A stretch of DNA of 64,000 nucleotides from IMG/VR virus record IMGVR_UViG_3300037245_004196, one strand, 5' to 3'. Made by a program: the position numbers and the translations under genes. Below the pieces are notes generated by a model. The model searched no databases. It was not told the DNA's origin and was given only the letters and a program-made list of their open reading frames with translations. Of the stretch, positions 31,646 through 42,303 are shown piece after piece. The DNA comes from an uncultured virus (IMG/VR IMGVR_UViG_3300037245_004196) (lineage: Duplodnaviria > Heunggongvirae > Uroviricota > Caudoviricetes). Within the stretch, counting starts at the first letter, position 1; each line of letters starts with the position of its first letter.

Positions 31646-32074
31646 GTGAATTTATTGGCTGAAGAAACAGAAGAAGAAATTAAAATCACACCACCTCGAA
31701 GAGGGCGACCTCCAAAGGTGGGCCCAAAAGCGGAAGAAGAAAGTAAAGAAATAGAAAAACTCAAAGCTGAAGTGGTAAAAAGCGCAGATGAGTTAAAAGA
31801 AGAAATTATAATAGCTCAAAAGGAAATTGAAGATGCGACCAAAGACATTACGAAACTTGAAAAAGCTAAAGGTGTTCCAGATGATTTGAGGGAGTGTATC
31901 AAGAAAATTAAAATATATAAAAGCAAATATGAAAGCTTAAATAAAGAATATATTCCAGAAAATCATAAGAAATACGCAATAAGAATAGAATATAAACGTC
32001 TTTGGGACTCCCAAGAAAAAAAACGAAAGGATCTAATACTGAAATATGGTCGTTCAAGAGCAATCGTTAATTAG
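31646..32074 (+). CDS. Coiled-coil protein with AT-hook-like RRGRPPK
   Basis: ORF translation; head-module position. Confidence 0.55.
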   Translation: MNLLAEETEEEIKITPPRRGRPPKVGPKAEEESKEIEKLKAEVVKSADELKEEIIIAQKEIEDATKDITKLEKAKGVPDDLRECIKKIKIYKSKYESLNKEYIPENHKKYAIRIEYKRLWDSQEKKRKDLILKYGRSRAIVN

Positions 32075-32085
32075 GAGGGTTTTTT

Positions 32086-32409
32086 TTGGACACTTTTTCA
32101 ACCTCTAAAGAATGTGGTAAATACGCGGGGATGAGAGTTGTAGATACGAGTAGTTTTCCAGAGATTGAAGCTATTGATTTGTATCGTGAGACAGCATTTA
32201 CAATGATTTATGAAGTGACTGATTCCTTTACAGACAATCAGCGAAAATCTGCAAGAGGTGTGGAATTGTTTTTAGTTAAAATAATGATTGATAATGTGAG
32301 ATATAAACGCGCAATTGTTCCAGAAATTCCAGAATCAATGGTAGCAACATTAACATCGGCTACCGGACAACTTGCAATTGATACTTTTCAACCAAATCAG
32401 GATGGTTGA
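32086..32409 (+). CDS. Putative head-tail adaptor
   Basis: Size and synteny; GGAGG RBS before TTG. Confidence 0.5.
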   Translation: MDTFSTSKECGKYAGMRVVDTSSFPEIEAIDLYRETAFTMIYEVTDSFTDNQRKSARGVELFLVKIMIDNVRYKRAIVPEIPESMVATLTSATGQLAIDTFQPNQDG

Positions 32410-33308
32410 TCGTGCCATTAAAAACTTTGAAGAAAACACTCACACCATTAAAGAGAGTTTTACCTCAATTTCAAACAATTGCAGCTGCAACAGCATCGGC
32501 CTTGCAAAGAAAGCAAAGAAAGAAAGCCTTAGATCAGACTAAAGCAATTATTGAAACTCATGGGTATGTTAAGGGAACGGCATATCCTCATCCTCAACCT
32601 TTTCGCGTTGCAGAAGTAGCCTTTCCAAATACCGCTCCGGAATTTGCAGAACTTGGTTCAACTGCGACCTTGCCCAATACTGTTTTATTTGAATTGAATG
32701 TATCTCCTTTTTTCTGGCAAAATCTAACTTCTTCTGATAGTAATAATCCATTACAAAATGTTCAATTGAGGGATTTACTACACATCTGGCAAAGAGTTTT
32801 CTATAAACCATTTATCACTTATATGAACAGTGAAATAGGAATAACTGGAGCCGTTCATGGGTTAGTTCCTTCTCGTTCTGATACTTTGAGAAAGGCCCTT
32901 AAAGAATCCTTAACAACTAAAGGTGGTTCTAACACGGAAAGCTTTCCAATTATGATTGTCGTAAATGCTGGAGGGTTAGAATATGCGCGACCTGTTAATG
33001 CAATGCCTTCTAAAAGTTTACGACACATGGGAGAAATGGGACGGACTGGTCAAAAACCCTATAAAACTGTGTTCATGTTTGATCCTCGCGCAACAAAAGG
33101 ATGGTGGGGCTTAATCCAAGAAAATGGACGTAAAAAAATTAGAAAATTGTTTGTAGCATTTCTTCAAGAAGTCGCGAAAATAGATTATGTGAAAAAAATG
33201 GCCAAGTACCAAATGGCCTTAAATCAATTAAGAGGAATTATGAAAAGAGTCACTGCCTATAATGTCGCGCAGATGATGTTTATTTCAGGAGGATTTAAGA
33301 AGAAATGA
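32406..33308 (+). CDS. Putative neck/tail-completion protein
   Basis: VPSRSDTLRKAL...LEYA resembles HK97 gp10-like proteins; basic; synteny. Confidence 0.45.
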   Translation: MIVPLKTLKKTLTPLKRVLPQFQTIAAATASALQRKQRKKALDQTKAIIETHGYVKGTAYPHPQPFRVAEVAFPNTAPEFAELGSTATLPNTVLFELNVSPFFWQNLTSSDSNNPLQNVQLRDLLHIWQRVFYKPFITYMNSEIGITGAVHGLVPSRSDTLRKALKESLTTKGGSNTESFPIMIVVNAGGLEYARPVNAMPSKSLRHMGEMGRTGQKPYKTVFMFDPRATKGWWGLIQENGRKKIRKLFVAFLQEVAKIDYVKKMAKYQMALNQLRGIMKRVTAYNVAQMMFISGGFKKK

Positions 33309-33724
33309 AAGAATCATTTATTGTTACTACTGTTAAAGCTAATTGGGATGAAGATATTTGTAAAATGGGAACGATTGGAGATGAAGAACGAGGATTCCGA
33401 ATTGAAGATATTGGCTATGGGATGACTTTTGAAAAGTTAAGCTTTGGATATGATCATTTAGGGTTTTCAAGAAAAATTGTTGATGATATGTCGGGTGATG
33501 TTTATCAAGTGAGAATCTCAGGAAGGAATGATGATGAAATAAAACCACAGCTTAAAGCATTTTTAAAAATCTGTAAATATTTTTCTGGAATAGTAAACAC
33601 AGATGAATTTGTAAAGTTTATACCTAATACTGCGGTATTAAAAACAGAAGGAATACAAGAAACGAAACGAGAATCCATCTTTGGGTGTTTAGCTGGAAGA
33701 AGTGGAGAGTCTTTATTCTCATAA
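33305..33724 (+). CDS. Putative tail terminator
   Basis: Size and position just before tail tube. Confidence 0.45.
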   Translation: MKESFIVTTVKANWDEDICKMGTIGDEERGFRIEDIGYGMTFEKLSFGYDHLGFSRKIVDDMSGDVYQVRISGRNDDEIKPQLKAFLKICKYFSGIVNTDEFVKFIPNTAVLKTEGIQETKRESIFGCLAGRSGESLFS

Positions 33725-33796
33725 ATAAATAAGGATGTTTTTTATTGGTAAAACAAATATAATTTAATTATACAAATATATTAGAAGGAAAAAAAA

Positions 33797-35194
33797 ATGT
33801 CAATCATGTTTAAATCGGATAATACTGTATTTGGTGTTTCTAAAGAAGCATCTCTTAGAAAAACTTCAGCGACTTTAGATGCACCAATTACTGCTATTTA
33901 TGCTATTGATGAACCTACTGCAGAGTTAACCTTTCCTGTGCCAGAATTAACCAAAGAAAATGTTGATCGGATTGGTGATGGACGACTTGGAGGGAAAACT
34001 CAAGATACGGGTTATGATTTAGCTGACGAAACTAATGAATTTGCCTTTCAAACGGGATATTTCTTAGATTATGTATTGGGAGATACGACCACACTCCAAA
34101 TAAATGACGATGGGGTCGATTATGATGCTTTTACTCCAACAGCAGTTGTTTATGCTGTTAGTTCAATTGCAGATACAAGAATGGTTTATGTTTGTGGTGA
34201 AGATGTGGACGGCAAATTACAAGTTGAACCCATACAGCTTGATGGTGATACTCCCGTTGCAGGACAAATTACCTTTGTCGCGGGGAAATTATATGGTTGT
34301 TTTGTATTAACTTCAGATGCCGTCGCAGTAATTACAATTCAAGATGTCACACCAAGTGTTGAATATTTATCTATTCTTGTGGATGTGTTTACTTCTGCTG
34401 GTACATTAACAGATAAATATTTCCATAGGATTATTCCAGCAAATGATTTACCTTCTCATGGAATTCATGCAGAATGGAGAAATGAAACAGGTGCAAACGA
34501 TAAAATTAATGATTTTGTAGGTATTCAAGCCAAATCTTTAGAGATTGTAACGGAAATTAAGTCAAAAACCAAACAAAATGTCGGGTGGTCATGTTGTAGA
34601 ATGATTGATAGTGACGCTCAACAAGATGATGATCCTACATTAAATCCGATTGATCAACCTGCTGGACTTGATGTAAGAGAGTTGGGTTGGGATGATTTAA
34701 AGATTTTAGAATTAAAATATAATAATGCGGATATAATCACTAATTTTGAAGATTTTGTCAAATCAATTGGAGTTTCTTTTACAAATGAATATGTAGTCGA
34801 TCAAGTTATGGGTAATGAATGGCCGAAAAAATATCATGCAAGCTCGCTTGATGTAACAATTGCATTATCATATTATCCCACTATAATGACTTTATTTAAT
34901 CTAAAAGAAACCCATTCAAAAGATTATCTCTTTGCAGATACTACTTGTTTGCAATTGTTTTTGCAATGGCAGAGATATGTATCTGAGACTTTTACCGACA
35001 AATATCAAATCGAAGTCAAGAGATTGAAAGTTAACACTCATGATAAGATCCAGAAACCACCTGGCGAAACAATAGATTTAATTGCAGAATGTGAATTAGG
35101 TAAATTTGGAAAAAATGATAGTGGAATAAGGTATCGAGCAAAAATAGAAGTTTTAATTATTGATGATAAGGATGAAAATTTCTATTCAAATTAA
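33797..35194 (+). CDS. Major tail tube protein with inserted domain
   Basis: Acidic, beta-rich; FLDYVLG...HRIIPANDLPS; precedes chaperones and tape measure. Confidence 0.72.
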   Translation: MSIMFKSDNTVFGVSKEASLRKTSATLDAPITAIYAIDEPTAELTFPVPELTKENVDRIGDGRLGGKTQDTGYDLADETNEFAFQTGYFLDYVLGDTTTLQINDDGVDYDAFTPTAVVYAVSSIADTRMVYVCGEDVDGKLQVEPIQLDGDTPVAGQITFVAGKLYGCFVLTSDAVAVITIQDVTPSVEYLSILVDVFTSAGTLTDKYFHRIIPANDLPSHGIHAEWRNETGANDKINDFVGIQAKSLEIVTEIKSKTKQNVGWSCCRMIDSDAQQDDDPTLNPIDQPAGLDVRELGWDDLKILELKYNNADIITNFEDFVKSIGVSFTNEYVVDQVMGNEWPKKYHASSLDVTIALSYYPTIMTLFNLKETHSKDYLFADTTCLQLFLQWQRYVSETFTDKYQIEVKRLKVNTHDKIQKPPGETIDLIAECELGKFGKNDSGIRYRAKIEVLIIDDKDENFYSN

Positions 35195-35209
35195 AGGAGA
35201 ATAAAAATA

Positions 35210-35569
35210 ATGGCAATCACTGATAAAGAAATCAAAGATGAAGTTTTAAAACGGGAAAAGAAAGCATTACCTATTGTCAAATATTTAATGCCGGAAGCGA
35301 TTGGTGGGCGCGAAGTTCACATCTTAAAAAAGCAGATCCCTTCTAAATTATATAAACTGATCGAATCTGCGGAAGAGACAGCGGATTTTGAACTATTTGA
35401 ATCTATAATTCCTGGATGGCTTGTAAAACCAGAAGTGACTAAAGAAAATCTTTATGAGATTTTGGAAGATTTTGGAGAACTTACACTAATATTAGCGTTA
35501 ATTGTAGAAGAAAACACGATTAGTGGAGAACGAATTCAAGAGTTAAGAAAAAAAGTAAAGAAGCTGTAG
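35210..35569 (+). CDS. Tail assembly chaperone (gpG-like)
   Basis: Between tail tube and tape measure; slippery A-AAA-AAA near 3' end. Confidence 0.75.
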   Translation: MAITDKEIKDEVLKREKKALPIVKYLMPEAIGGREVHILKKQIPSKLYKLIESAEETADFELFESIIPGWLVKPEVTKENLYEILEDFGELTLILALIVEENTISGERIQELRKKVKKL

Positions 35570-35790
35570 TGTTGAAAACGTCCGGAGGTCGCGCTGCAGC
35601 TTTAAGGGATAAAAGACCATTAGGAAAATGGTCTAACAATTTAGCTTTAATGGAAAAGTGGCCTTCATTCACAACAGCTTTTTTAGAGGATTTGGAGCGA
35701 ACTGATCCTGAACATTATTTTTTTATGATTATGACTCTTCAAGCAATACATGAAAAAGAACAAAGAGAATTGGATAAAATTAAAAAATAA
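35569..35790 (+). CDS. Tail assembly chaperone frameshift extension (gpT-like)
   Basis: In -1 frame relative to 35210-35569 and open from the slippery site. Confidence 0.7.
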   Translation: MLKTSGGRAAALRDKRPLGKWSNNLALMEKWPSFTTAFLEDLERTDPEHYFFMIMTLQAIHEKEQRELDKIKK

Positions 35791-35845
35791 GACGAAGTGA
35801 TAAAAAATAGTAAAAGCTCTTGGAATTGGTGGAATCGTAAAAGAT

Positions 35846-37555
35846 ATGGATCTTTTTAAGAATACACTACGTAAGTCTACCAAGAATCTTAAAGAAGTCG
35901 CGAAATTTTTTAATGAAATTTATGGGATGAGAGGTGGATATAAAAGATTAAGAAATAAACAAACTGGTGAAGCAATAGGAGGTGCTTATTTACCAGGGTT
36001 AAAGGCTGGCAGAAAAAGAGGGGGAAAAAAAGCACGTATTAGTGAAACTGAATTTTTAGCATTAGATCGAGACAAAATGCTCAAAAGACTTTGGACTGGA
36101 TCACCAGTACAAGCTTTTTGGAAAGATTATACTGCCGGAGTTAAAAAATATTATATTGACCCGCTTAAAGCAACATTTAAAGTACCTCAAGTTATTGGAG
36201 GTAAAGCTCACCAACAAAAAAAAAGGTCTTATACTGGTTTTCTTCAAAAAGGAGTAAGTAAAGTACTTGATTATCAAAAGATCACATCTGGAATAGGAAG
36301 GGCTGGAAAAAAGACCTTTCGTAGAGCATCCTCAATAAGAGATAGGATGGAAAAATCAAAAGTATCTCTCTTTACTGGAAAAAATGCAGCATTTAAAGTT
36401 GGATATAAAGATGTATCAAGAAAGGAAATTGCACGTCGCGCCGAGAGAAGATTTCATTCAAAAAAAACCGATCCTTGGATGACTGATTCACAAGATAGGG
36501 CAGCACGAAGAAAACAGAGAAGATTTAAAACGGTCGCATCAGTTGGAAGAGGTGTTGGAACTGTTACGGGAAGAAAACCATTAAAAGATTTAAAAAAAAC
36601 AGCAAAAGCATTTGGAAAGATAGCAAAAGGGGGTGCTAAATTAGCGTTAATGGGGGGATTAGCTGGTTTATTAGCAACATTAGCAGATGCAATTAATCCT
36701 TTTAAACCATTAATTGCCGCGCTTTCTACGATTTTTACCATTTTTGGAACTATTTTAAGCCAAGCATTTATGCCCCTAATTCAAACGTTATTTGATGTAA
36801 TGTTAAGTCCACAAGCATTAGGGTTATTTGAAATGTTAGCGGTTTTAATGGCTGCAATAATTGAACCATTATTACCGATAGTTGAAGCTTTATTCCCTGC
36901 ATTATTTTCAATATTAGAAGTCGTCGTTGGGGTTTTAATGATCCTTGTACCTATCCTTGATTTATTCTTACTTCCATTACAAATGCTCATTCCATTATTT
37001 GGATTATTAGAGATCGTTATGACCCTTCTCTCTGTCCCATTACAAATATTAGGCAAAATTATGATGGTTCTTGTGGGTATTGTTATGGATTTTGCTAAAG
37101 TATTATGGGATTATTTTGGGGGTATTATTGATTTTCTTATAGGTTGGATTAATGGAATTAAACTTATTTTTACTGGTGGTTTTGATTCTGTCGCGGATGG
37201 ATTTAAATATTTTATTAATTTATTAATCGGTTTTGTAAATCAATCTTTAATTGGATCAATTAATAGTGTAATTGGTTTAATTAATAAAATACCCGGAGTT
37301 AATTTAGGTCGGATACCTTCTATTCCATTAATGGCAGAAGGAGGGATCATTACACGTCCAACACTTGTCATGGCTGGTGAACGTGGTCGAGAGGCAATTA
37401 TTCCTTTAGATCAATATAATGGTGGAGATGGAGGTAGATCGGAACAAATTGTAATTAATGTGTATATTGAAAATGTCGCGGACGATTCCATGATTGAAAA
37501 AATTACCAGAAGAATTACGGAAGAATTAGAACGACAAAAATATTGGACGGGATAA
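35846..37555 (+). CDS. Tape measure protein
   Basis: Amphipathic repeats; C-terminal MAEGGIITRPTLVMAGERGREAIIPL signature. Confidence 0.85.
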   Translation: MDLFKNTLRKSTKNLKEVAKFFNEIYGMRGGYKRLRNKQTGEAIGGAYLPGLKAGRKRGGKKARISETEFLALDRDKMLKRLWTGSPVQAFWKDYTAGVKKYYIDPLKATFKVPQVIGGKAHQQKKRSYTGFLQKGVSKVLDYQKITSGIGRAGKKTFRRASSIRDRMEKSKVSLFTGKNAAFKVGYKDVSRKEIARRAERRFHSKKTDPWMTDSQDRAARRKQRRFKTVASVGRGVGTVTGRKPLKDLKKTAKAFGKIAKGGAKLALMGGLAGLLATLADAINPFKPLIAALSTIFTIFGTILSQAFMPLIQTLFDVMLSPQALGLFEMLAVLMAAIIEPLLPIVEALFPALFSILEVVVGVLMILVPILDLFLLPLQMLIPLFGLLEIVMTLLSVPLQILGKIMMVLVGIVMDFAKVLWDYFGGIIDFLIGWINGIKLIFTGGFDSVADGFKYFINLLIGFVNQSLIGSINSVIGLINKIPGVNLGRIPSIPLMAEGGIITRPTLVMAGERGREAIIPLDQYNGGDGGRSEQIVINVYIENVADDSMIEKITRRITEELERQKYWTG

Positions 37556-37558
37556 AAA

Positions 37559-38065
37559 ATGGGAATTGATATTTATTTATTGAGACCGAATGTGTCGGTT
37601 CCAAGTTCATGGGGGGACCTTACTGGCGCGGGAGAATGGAGTTCTAATCCAACGGAAGTAGAATATATCCATTTTGAAGTCAAAGCGGGCAAGGAAGCCA
37701 TCAATCATAAATGGCAAAGACAATTAATTTTAAAGGGTAAGGTCATCGATGTGTTTTTGAAAGAATTTGATGTTCCGCGTTCTTTTCAAAACTTAATTTT
37801 AGGCGATCTTTCTGAGAGTGAAGTATGGAAGACAGTTAAAGCAATCAGATATCTTGTTCCTGCTTGGCCTAAAATCTCCGGGAAATATTCTCAACTTGTC
37901 TTATGGGATAATATAGCAAACGTGCAAGTACATCATGATCAAATTTATTTTGATTCAACTTGGTATGATTATAAAGGGGTCATTAAATCAATCGCAATCA
38001 ACCATGTATTTCCAAATTATATTGAAATTGCCAGTATTATTTTAGAATGGGGTGGATTAGTATAA
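37559..38065 (+). CDS. Putative distal tail protein
   Basis: 168 aa immediately after tape measure. Confidence 0.5.
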   Translation: MGIDIYLLRPNVSVPSSWGDLTGAGEWSSNPTEVEYIHFEVKAGKEAINHKWQRQLILKGKVIDVFLKEFDVPRSFQNLILGDLSESEVWKTVKAIRYLVPAWPKISGKYSQLVLWDNIANVQVHHDQIYFDSTWYDYKGVIKSIAINHVFPNYIEIASIILEWGGLV

Positions 38066-38161
38066 TTTTTATTTTTAACATTTTTGCAACATATTTAATA
38101 ATTAGCGTGGCCATAATTATTATGAGAAGTTTAAATATTATAATTTCTCAGGTGAAAAATA

Positions 38162-41100
38162 ATGGGAAAAAATTGTTGTATATGGGTGATTGGAATTATT
38201 ATGTTAATTTTAATTCCAGTTCCAGTTGCACCTCCAATAGTTCCTCCTGGAGGCGATGATATGAAAATTGGACAATTTGAAACGTTGGATGGTGTTAGTA
38301 GTTTATTAACAACAAATCAAAATATCAGAAACGTTGGTCAAGTAGATGCAAAAACCTATTGGAGTAGGATAGTAGATTCTCCGAATAGATACCAAGTTCA
38401 CTCTGTAGTATCCTTAACTGACACACCTACGGAAGAATTTTCGGGCCTTTTTGCTGCCATTGATATTGCCAATGTGAACATGGTTTTACGGTCTTTTGGG
38501 GCAACAATCACAGCAGTTATGGCATACCCTGAAGCTAATGGTGTTTGGTTGTATTGGGTGTATTCTGACGATGGTGAGTCGTGGCCGACTTTCCTAAGAA
38601 TCATAACAGAAGTTGTGGATATTTATAACGTTCGAATTGTCGATGTGTATAAGACTGGATCGACACATTATGCTGTTTATAGTTATGAAATAGAAGATGG
38701 TGGGGGTTCGGCTCACAGATATGCTATTTATTCACTCACATCAAGTACAAGATATGTATATGGAACTGATCTTACATCTTATCAATCTATCTACGGAGGA
38801 AAAGTTCTTTCAAATGGTGATTATGAATTAATTCTTTATAATGAATCTGGTGATTTTGAAAAAGTATTGTTTAATGAATCAGCAAAAACTTTTTCATCAG
38901 AAGTAGTTACGGGATTAATAGCACCATCTAATTGGGATGTAGAACATCAACAATATTGGAGACAAGGTAAAACAGAAATTATTATGGATGAAGACCATTT
39001 ATATTCTCGTCTTATTGGAGGGGAGTGGACATCTTATTCCGATACGGGTACGACCACGAATGGAATTGTGTGGGGTTATGATGGTGATGGGAATTATGTT
39101 ATTAAATTCATCATTTGGAAAGATTCAATTTATGTAATTGCGGGAGGAGGAAAACTTGGAAAATTACAAACATTTACAGACGGTGCTTATGTAGGAATTG
39201 ATGATTGGTTTTCCAATGGGGTAGATAAAATCTATCAATTAATACCCACTAATGAAAAAGATGGGGAAATAATTACTTTTACAAAAGGAAACGTAATTAC
39301 TGCCAATTATAAAGCTCCTTCTGGATCATTTAGTAGTGAAAGTGAAAATGCGATTTGGAATGAAAGAGATATTGTAATGATTTATGATGATGCATTCACA
39401 GTCAATGATGATTTGGTATTGGTTGGTTCAATTACAGTTCCAGAAGGGTTTGAAGGAGATGTAAATGAAATTAAAGTAACAAATTTCATTGATGAAGATT
39501 TAGCGCGAAAAGTGGATATTTTTTTTCCTTCTGGAACTTACCCTCATGAAATAATTGAAATGGTCATTCCCACATATTGTGGGTCATTATCTTTGGGAAT
39601 AATTAATCAAACAGATTCAGCTATAACATTTGATATTGCATTTAAAAAAGATGTTAAAGATGTTTTATCATTTTGTGATGAATACGCAAAATTACAAGGA
39701 AGAATTAATCCTGATTGGTCTTATGATTGGGATAATGGAGAAGCTGCAACTGGGATTGTTTTAACAGACAATAATAATATAAATCTCGTACCGAAACCAG
39801 ATAAGGTAAAGGTTACCGCTGTAAATGTTGTTGGAGGTATAAATATAAGTACTGGTAAAAGAGTAAATATAACTGTTACTGATGATACTGAGATGGCAGG
39901 TATTTCAATAACCAAGTATAATACCTCTTTAGTAACGGATGCTGCGGCTATTGCTTTTGGTAATAATATTTTAGGTTCTTTAACTTATACGATTCAAAAT
40001 TATAAATCGAATGCGTGGGATATTGAAATACCCCAAGTTGGTTTACGTTTATCAATGGCCTCAGCTCAAAGAGGTCTTTCAGCAGCAAATTATCATATAA
40101 ATTATTGTAAAAGAGATTTAATTAATGGAAAAAATCATTTAATCTATTCAAATGTAAGACAATATTTAATCGATCCAGATGAAGAACGACCAAGTGCATC
40201 GATAGAAAATGAACAGATGATTGAAGATAATGCGATTGAAACAGATGTAGCTAAATTTGGACCTGCGGGATTTGTAAATAGAACAGATTCTACAATATCT
40301 ATGTCTACATCAACCTTTCAAATTACAGGAACATATATTGTATATTGTAATAATGTAAGATATGAAAAAACGGGAGATTCGGTGGATATGTCCGCCTTTG
40401 CAGACGGGTTATGGTTCTTCTATTATAATGCATCTGAGGGGGTGATTACCTATTCACAAACACCGTGGGTGATTACCGCTGGATATGCTCTTATTGCCAC
40501 AGTATATAAAAATAGCAATTCATATTTATTATTAGCTGAAGAACGACATGTAACCCCTCGAGATTTATGGTGGCATCGGTGGGCGCATGATACAATAAGA
40601 GCGAGATATGAAAATGATGGAGGATTAGCGGCAGTATTTGATGTTGATGATGCAGAAATAACTTCGGGGACAATTCATGATGAAGATATAGAGATTGAAA
40701 TTACGGGAGCCGATCCATATCAATTCAGTGTTTTTTATCGGAATGGAACTTTAAAATGGGTCTGGACTGCTGCACAATCAGCATATTATCATGATGTATC
40801 AAATATCGTTCAATGGGATGATTCGGGAACCCTTACAGATGTTAATAATGCCTCTCATGTAGCCTATTGGATTTATGCCACGAATCATTTAAACACCCCA
40901 CAAATTATCTCCGTTATGGGTCAACGCCAAGATACTACCCTTGCAAATGCCAAGATAAATAATACACCTCAGGGTCTCGCTTTGGGTGATTTACCCTCAG
41001 CAGAATGGGTTTTATTATATCGAGTTATTTTGAAACGAGTTGGAACTTCCGTATCTGTAGAAGATACTCTTGATCTTCGAACTAAAGGATTTACTGGAAC

Positions 41101-41659
41101 GGGGTCATCAACACTCACGAATCACGGGGCTTTGAGTGGACTTCAAAATGATGATCATTTTGAAATATATTATAATAAAACAGATATTGATGCTTTATGG
41201 GCAATTGGGTCTGGGAATGCCGTTTGGATTAATTGTCCATTCTTTGGTGTAACAGATATTGCTGCTTATAGTTCTTCAGTTACAATGTTTAGAAATACTG
41301 GTGCAACAGACTACAGCGTAGAGGCACAAATTCCGGGGCCTTATAATAAAAATGGTTTGTCATTAAGAGTAAATAGAATAAGGATAGGAGTTGCTGATTC
41401 AGACTCGTCTGATTATTTAGATTTGGTGAGAGTATTTATTTATTCTGACCATGATTCATCTACCACCCCAATTTCAGTTGACCATAATGTCGTTAATGGC
41501 ACTGGTATAGGAACGTTTATCTATGATTCAGGAGACGATGGTAGTTTTCCAGTTGATTTGTCAGGAATCCATAATGCTATAATCTATCTAAATTTAGTGT
41601 GTACGAGTTTAAATCAAATCGAAATTGCTTGGGTTGAAGTAGAGGTGTATTACGCATGA
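38162..41659 (+). CDS. Tail tip/hub-adhesin fusion protein
   Basis: 1165 aa beta-rich; central hub-like region; HGALSGLQNDDH fibre-type motif; N-terminal hydrophobic segment. Confidence 0.72.
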   Translation: MGKNCCIWVIGIIMLILIPVPVAPPIVPPGGDDMKIGQFETLDGVSSLLTTNQNIRNVGQVDAKTYWSRIVDSPNRYQVHSVVSLTDTPTEEFSGLFAAIDIANVNMVLRSFGATITAVMAYPEANGVWLYWVYSDDGESWPTFLRIITEVVDIYNVRIVDVYKTGSTHYAVYSYEIEDGGGSAHRYAIYSLTSSTRYVYGTDLTSYQSIYGGKVLSNGDYELILYNESGDFEKVLFNESAKTFSSEVVTGLIAPSNWDVEHQQYWRQGKTEIIMDEDHLYSRLIGGEWTSYSDTGTTTNGIVWGYDGDGNYVIKFIIWKDSIYVIAGGGKLGKLQTFTDGAYVGIDDWFSNGVDKIYQLIPTNEKDGEIITFTKGNVITANYKAPSGSFSSESENAIWNERDIVMIYDDAFTVNDDLVLVGSITVPEGFEGDVNEIKVTNFIDEDLARKVDIFFPSGTYPHEIIEMVIPTYCGSLSLGIINQTDSAITFDIAFKKDVKDVLSFCDEYAKLQGRINPDWSYDWDNGEAATGIVLTDNNNINLVPKPDKVKVTAVNVVGGINISTGKRVNITVTDDTEMAGISITKYNTSLVTDAAAIAFGNNILGSLTYTIQNYKSNAWDIEIPQVGLRLSMASAQRGLSAANYHINYCKRDLINGKNHLIYSNVRQYLIDPDEERPSASIENEQMIEDNAIETDVAKFGPAGFVNRTDSTISMSTSTFQITGTYIVYCNNVRYEKTGDSVDMSAFADGLWFFYYNASEGVITYSQTPWVITAGYALIATVYKNSNSYLLLAEERHVTPRDLWWHRWAHDTIRARYENDGGLAAVFDVDDAEITSGTIHDEDIEIEITGADPYQFSVFYRNGTLKWVWTAAQSAYYHDVSNIVQWDDSGTLTDVNNASHVAYWIYATNHLNTPQIISVMGQRQDTTLANAKINNTPQGLALGDLPSAEWVLLYRVILKRVGTSVSVEDTLDLRTKGFTGTGSSTLTNHGALSGLQNDDHFEIYYNKTDIDALWAIGSGNAVWINCPFFGVTDIAAYSSSVTMFRNTGATDYSVEAQIPGPYNKNGLSLRVNRIRIGVADSDSSDYLDLVRVFIYSDHDSSTTPISVDHNVVNGTGIGTFIYDSGDDGSFPVDLSGIHNAIIYLNLVCTSLNQIEIAWVEVEVYYA

Positions 41660-41886
41660 AGATATGTGAAAAATGTAAAAAAGAATTGAGAGGCAAAAGA
41701 ATGAATTATGATATACGTAATGAGATTTTTGAGTTTTTTTGCCAAAACAAAGAGTGCTCTGAGTTTGAAGTCAGAGTAGACCCAAAGAATGAAATAGAAG
41801 TATTGATGTTAGAGAATGCTGAACTTAAAGAACGCTTACGGGTAATAGAAGATCGGCTTTTAGTCATGGAAAAGAGTGTGGGGTAA
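41656..41886 (+). CDS. Zinc ribbon + coiled-coil protein
   Basis: CEKC..CQNKEC; LENAELKERLRVIE. Confidence 0.65.
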   Translation: MKICEKCKKELRGKRMNYDIRNEIFEFFCQNKECSEFEVRVDPKNEIEVLMLENAELKERLRVIEDRLLVMEKSVG

Positions 41887-41892
41887 AAAACA

Positions 41893-42303
41893 ATGGTTAT
41901 AACAGAATTATCGATTAAGGAACGGCTTGTCTATTTGGAAGGAGTAAAATCCGACATATTTGAAAAAATTCCATGTTTGATTGGAGGAAAATGTGAGCTT
42001 CATCAAGAAATCATAAATTATTTAAAGATAATTGAAGCTATGTTAAATAGTAATCGAGGGGAATTAGAAGATTTACGGCAAGGGGTAGCAATAATCCTGG
42101 AAGAACATGGAATACCTTGTGATGAAATAAAAGGATGGGATATTAACAAATATAGGGAGTTAAAAAATGTTCGAGGAAAAGGAGTACAAAATACCCAAGA
42201 CAATAACGCGGGCGATCATAACGGAAAAAGCAATTTTATTAAGCGAAAAAAACAGGAAAGAAAAAGAAAAAAAGCAAGAAGAGGAAAAAAAAATGTCAAT
42301 TAA
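41893..42303 (+). CDS. Hypothetical protein with basic C-terminus
   Basis: ORF abutting neighbours. Confidence 0.6.
   Translation: MVITELSIKERLVYLEGVKSDIFEKIPCLIGGKCELHQEIINYLKIIEAMLNSNRGELEDLRQGVAIILEEHGIPCDEIKGWDINKYRELKNVRGKGVQNTQDNNAGDHNGKSNFIKRKKQERKRKKARRGKKNVN

Noticed and set aside
42167..42292. Longer N-terminus for the membrane protein
   Set aside because: Overlaps 41893-42303 extensively; ATG at 42293 has a GAGG RBS and fits operon packing
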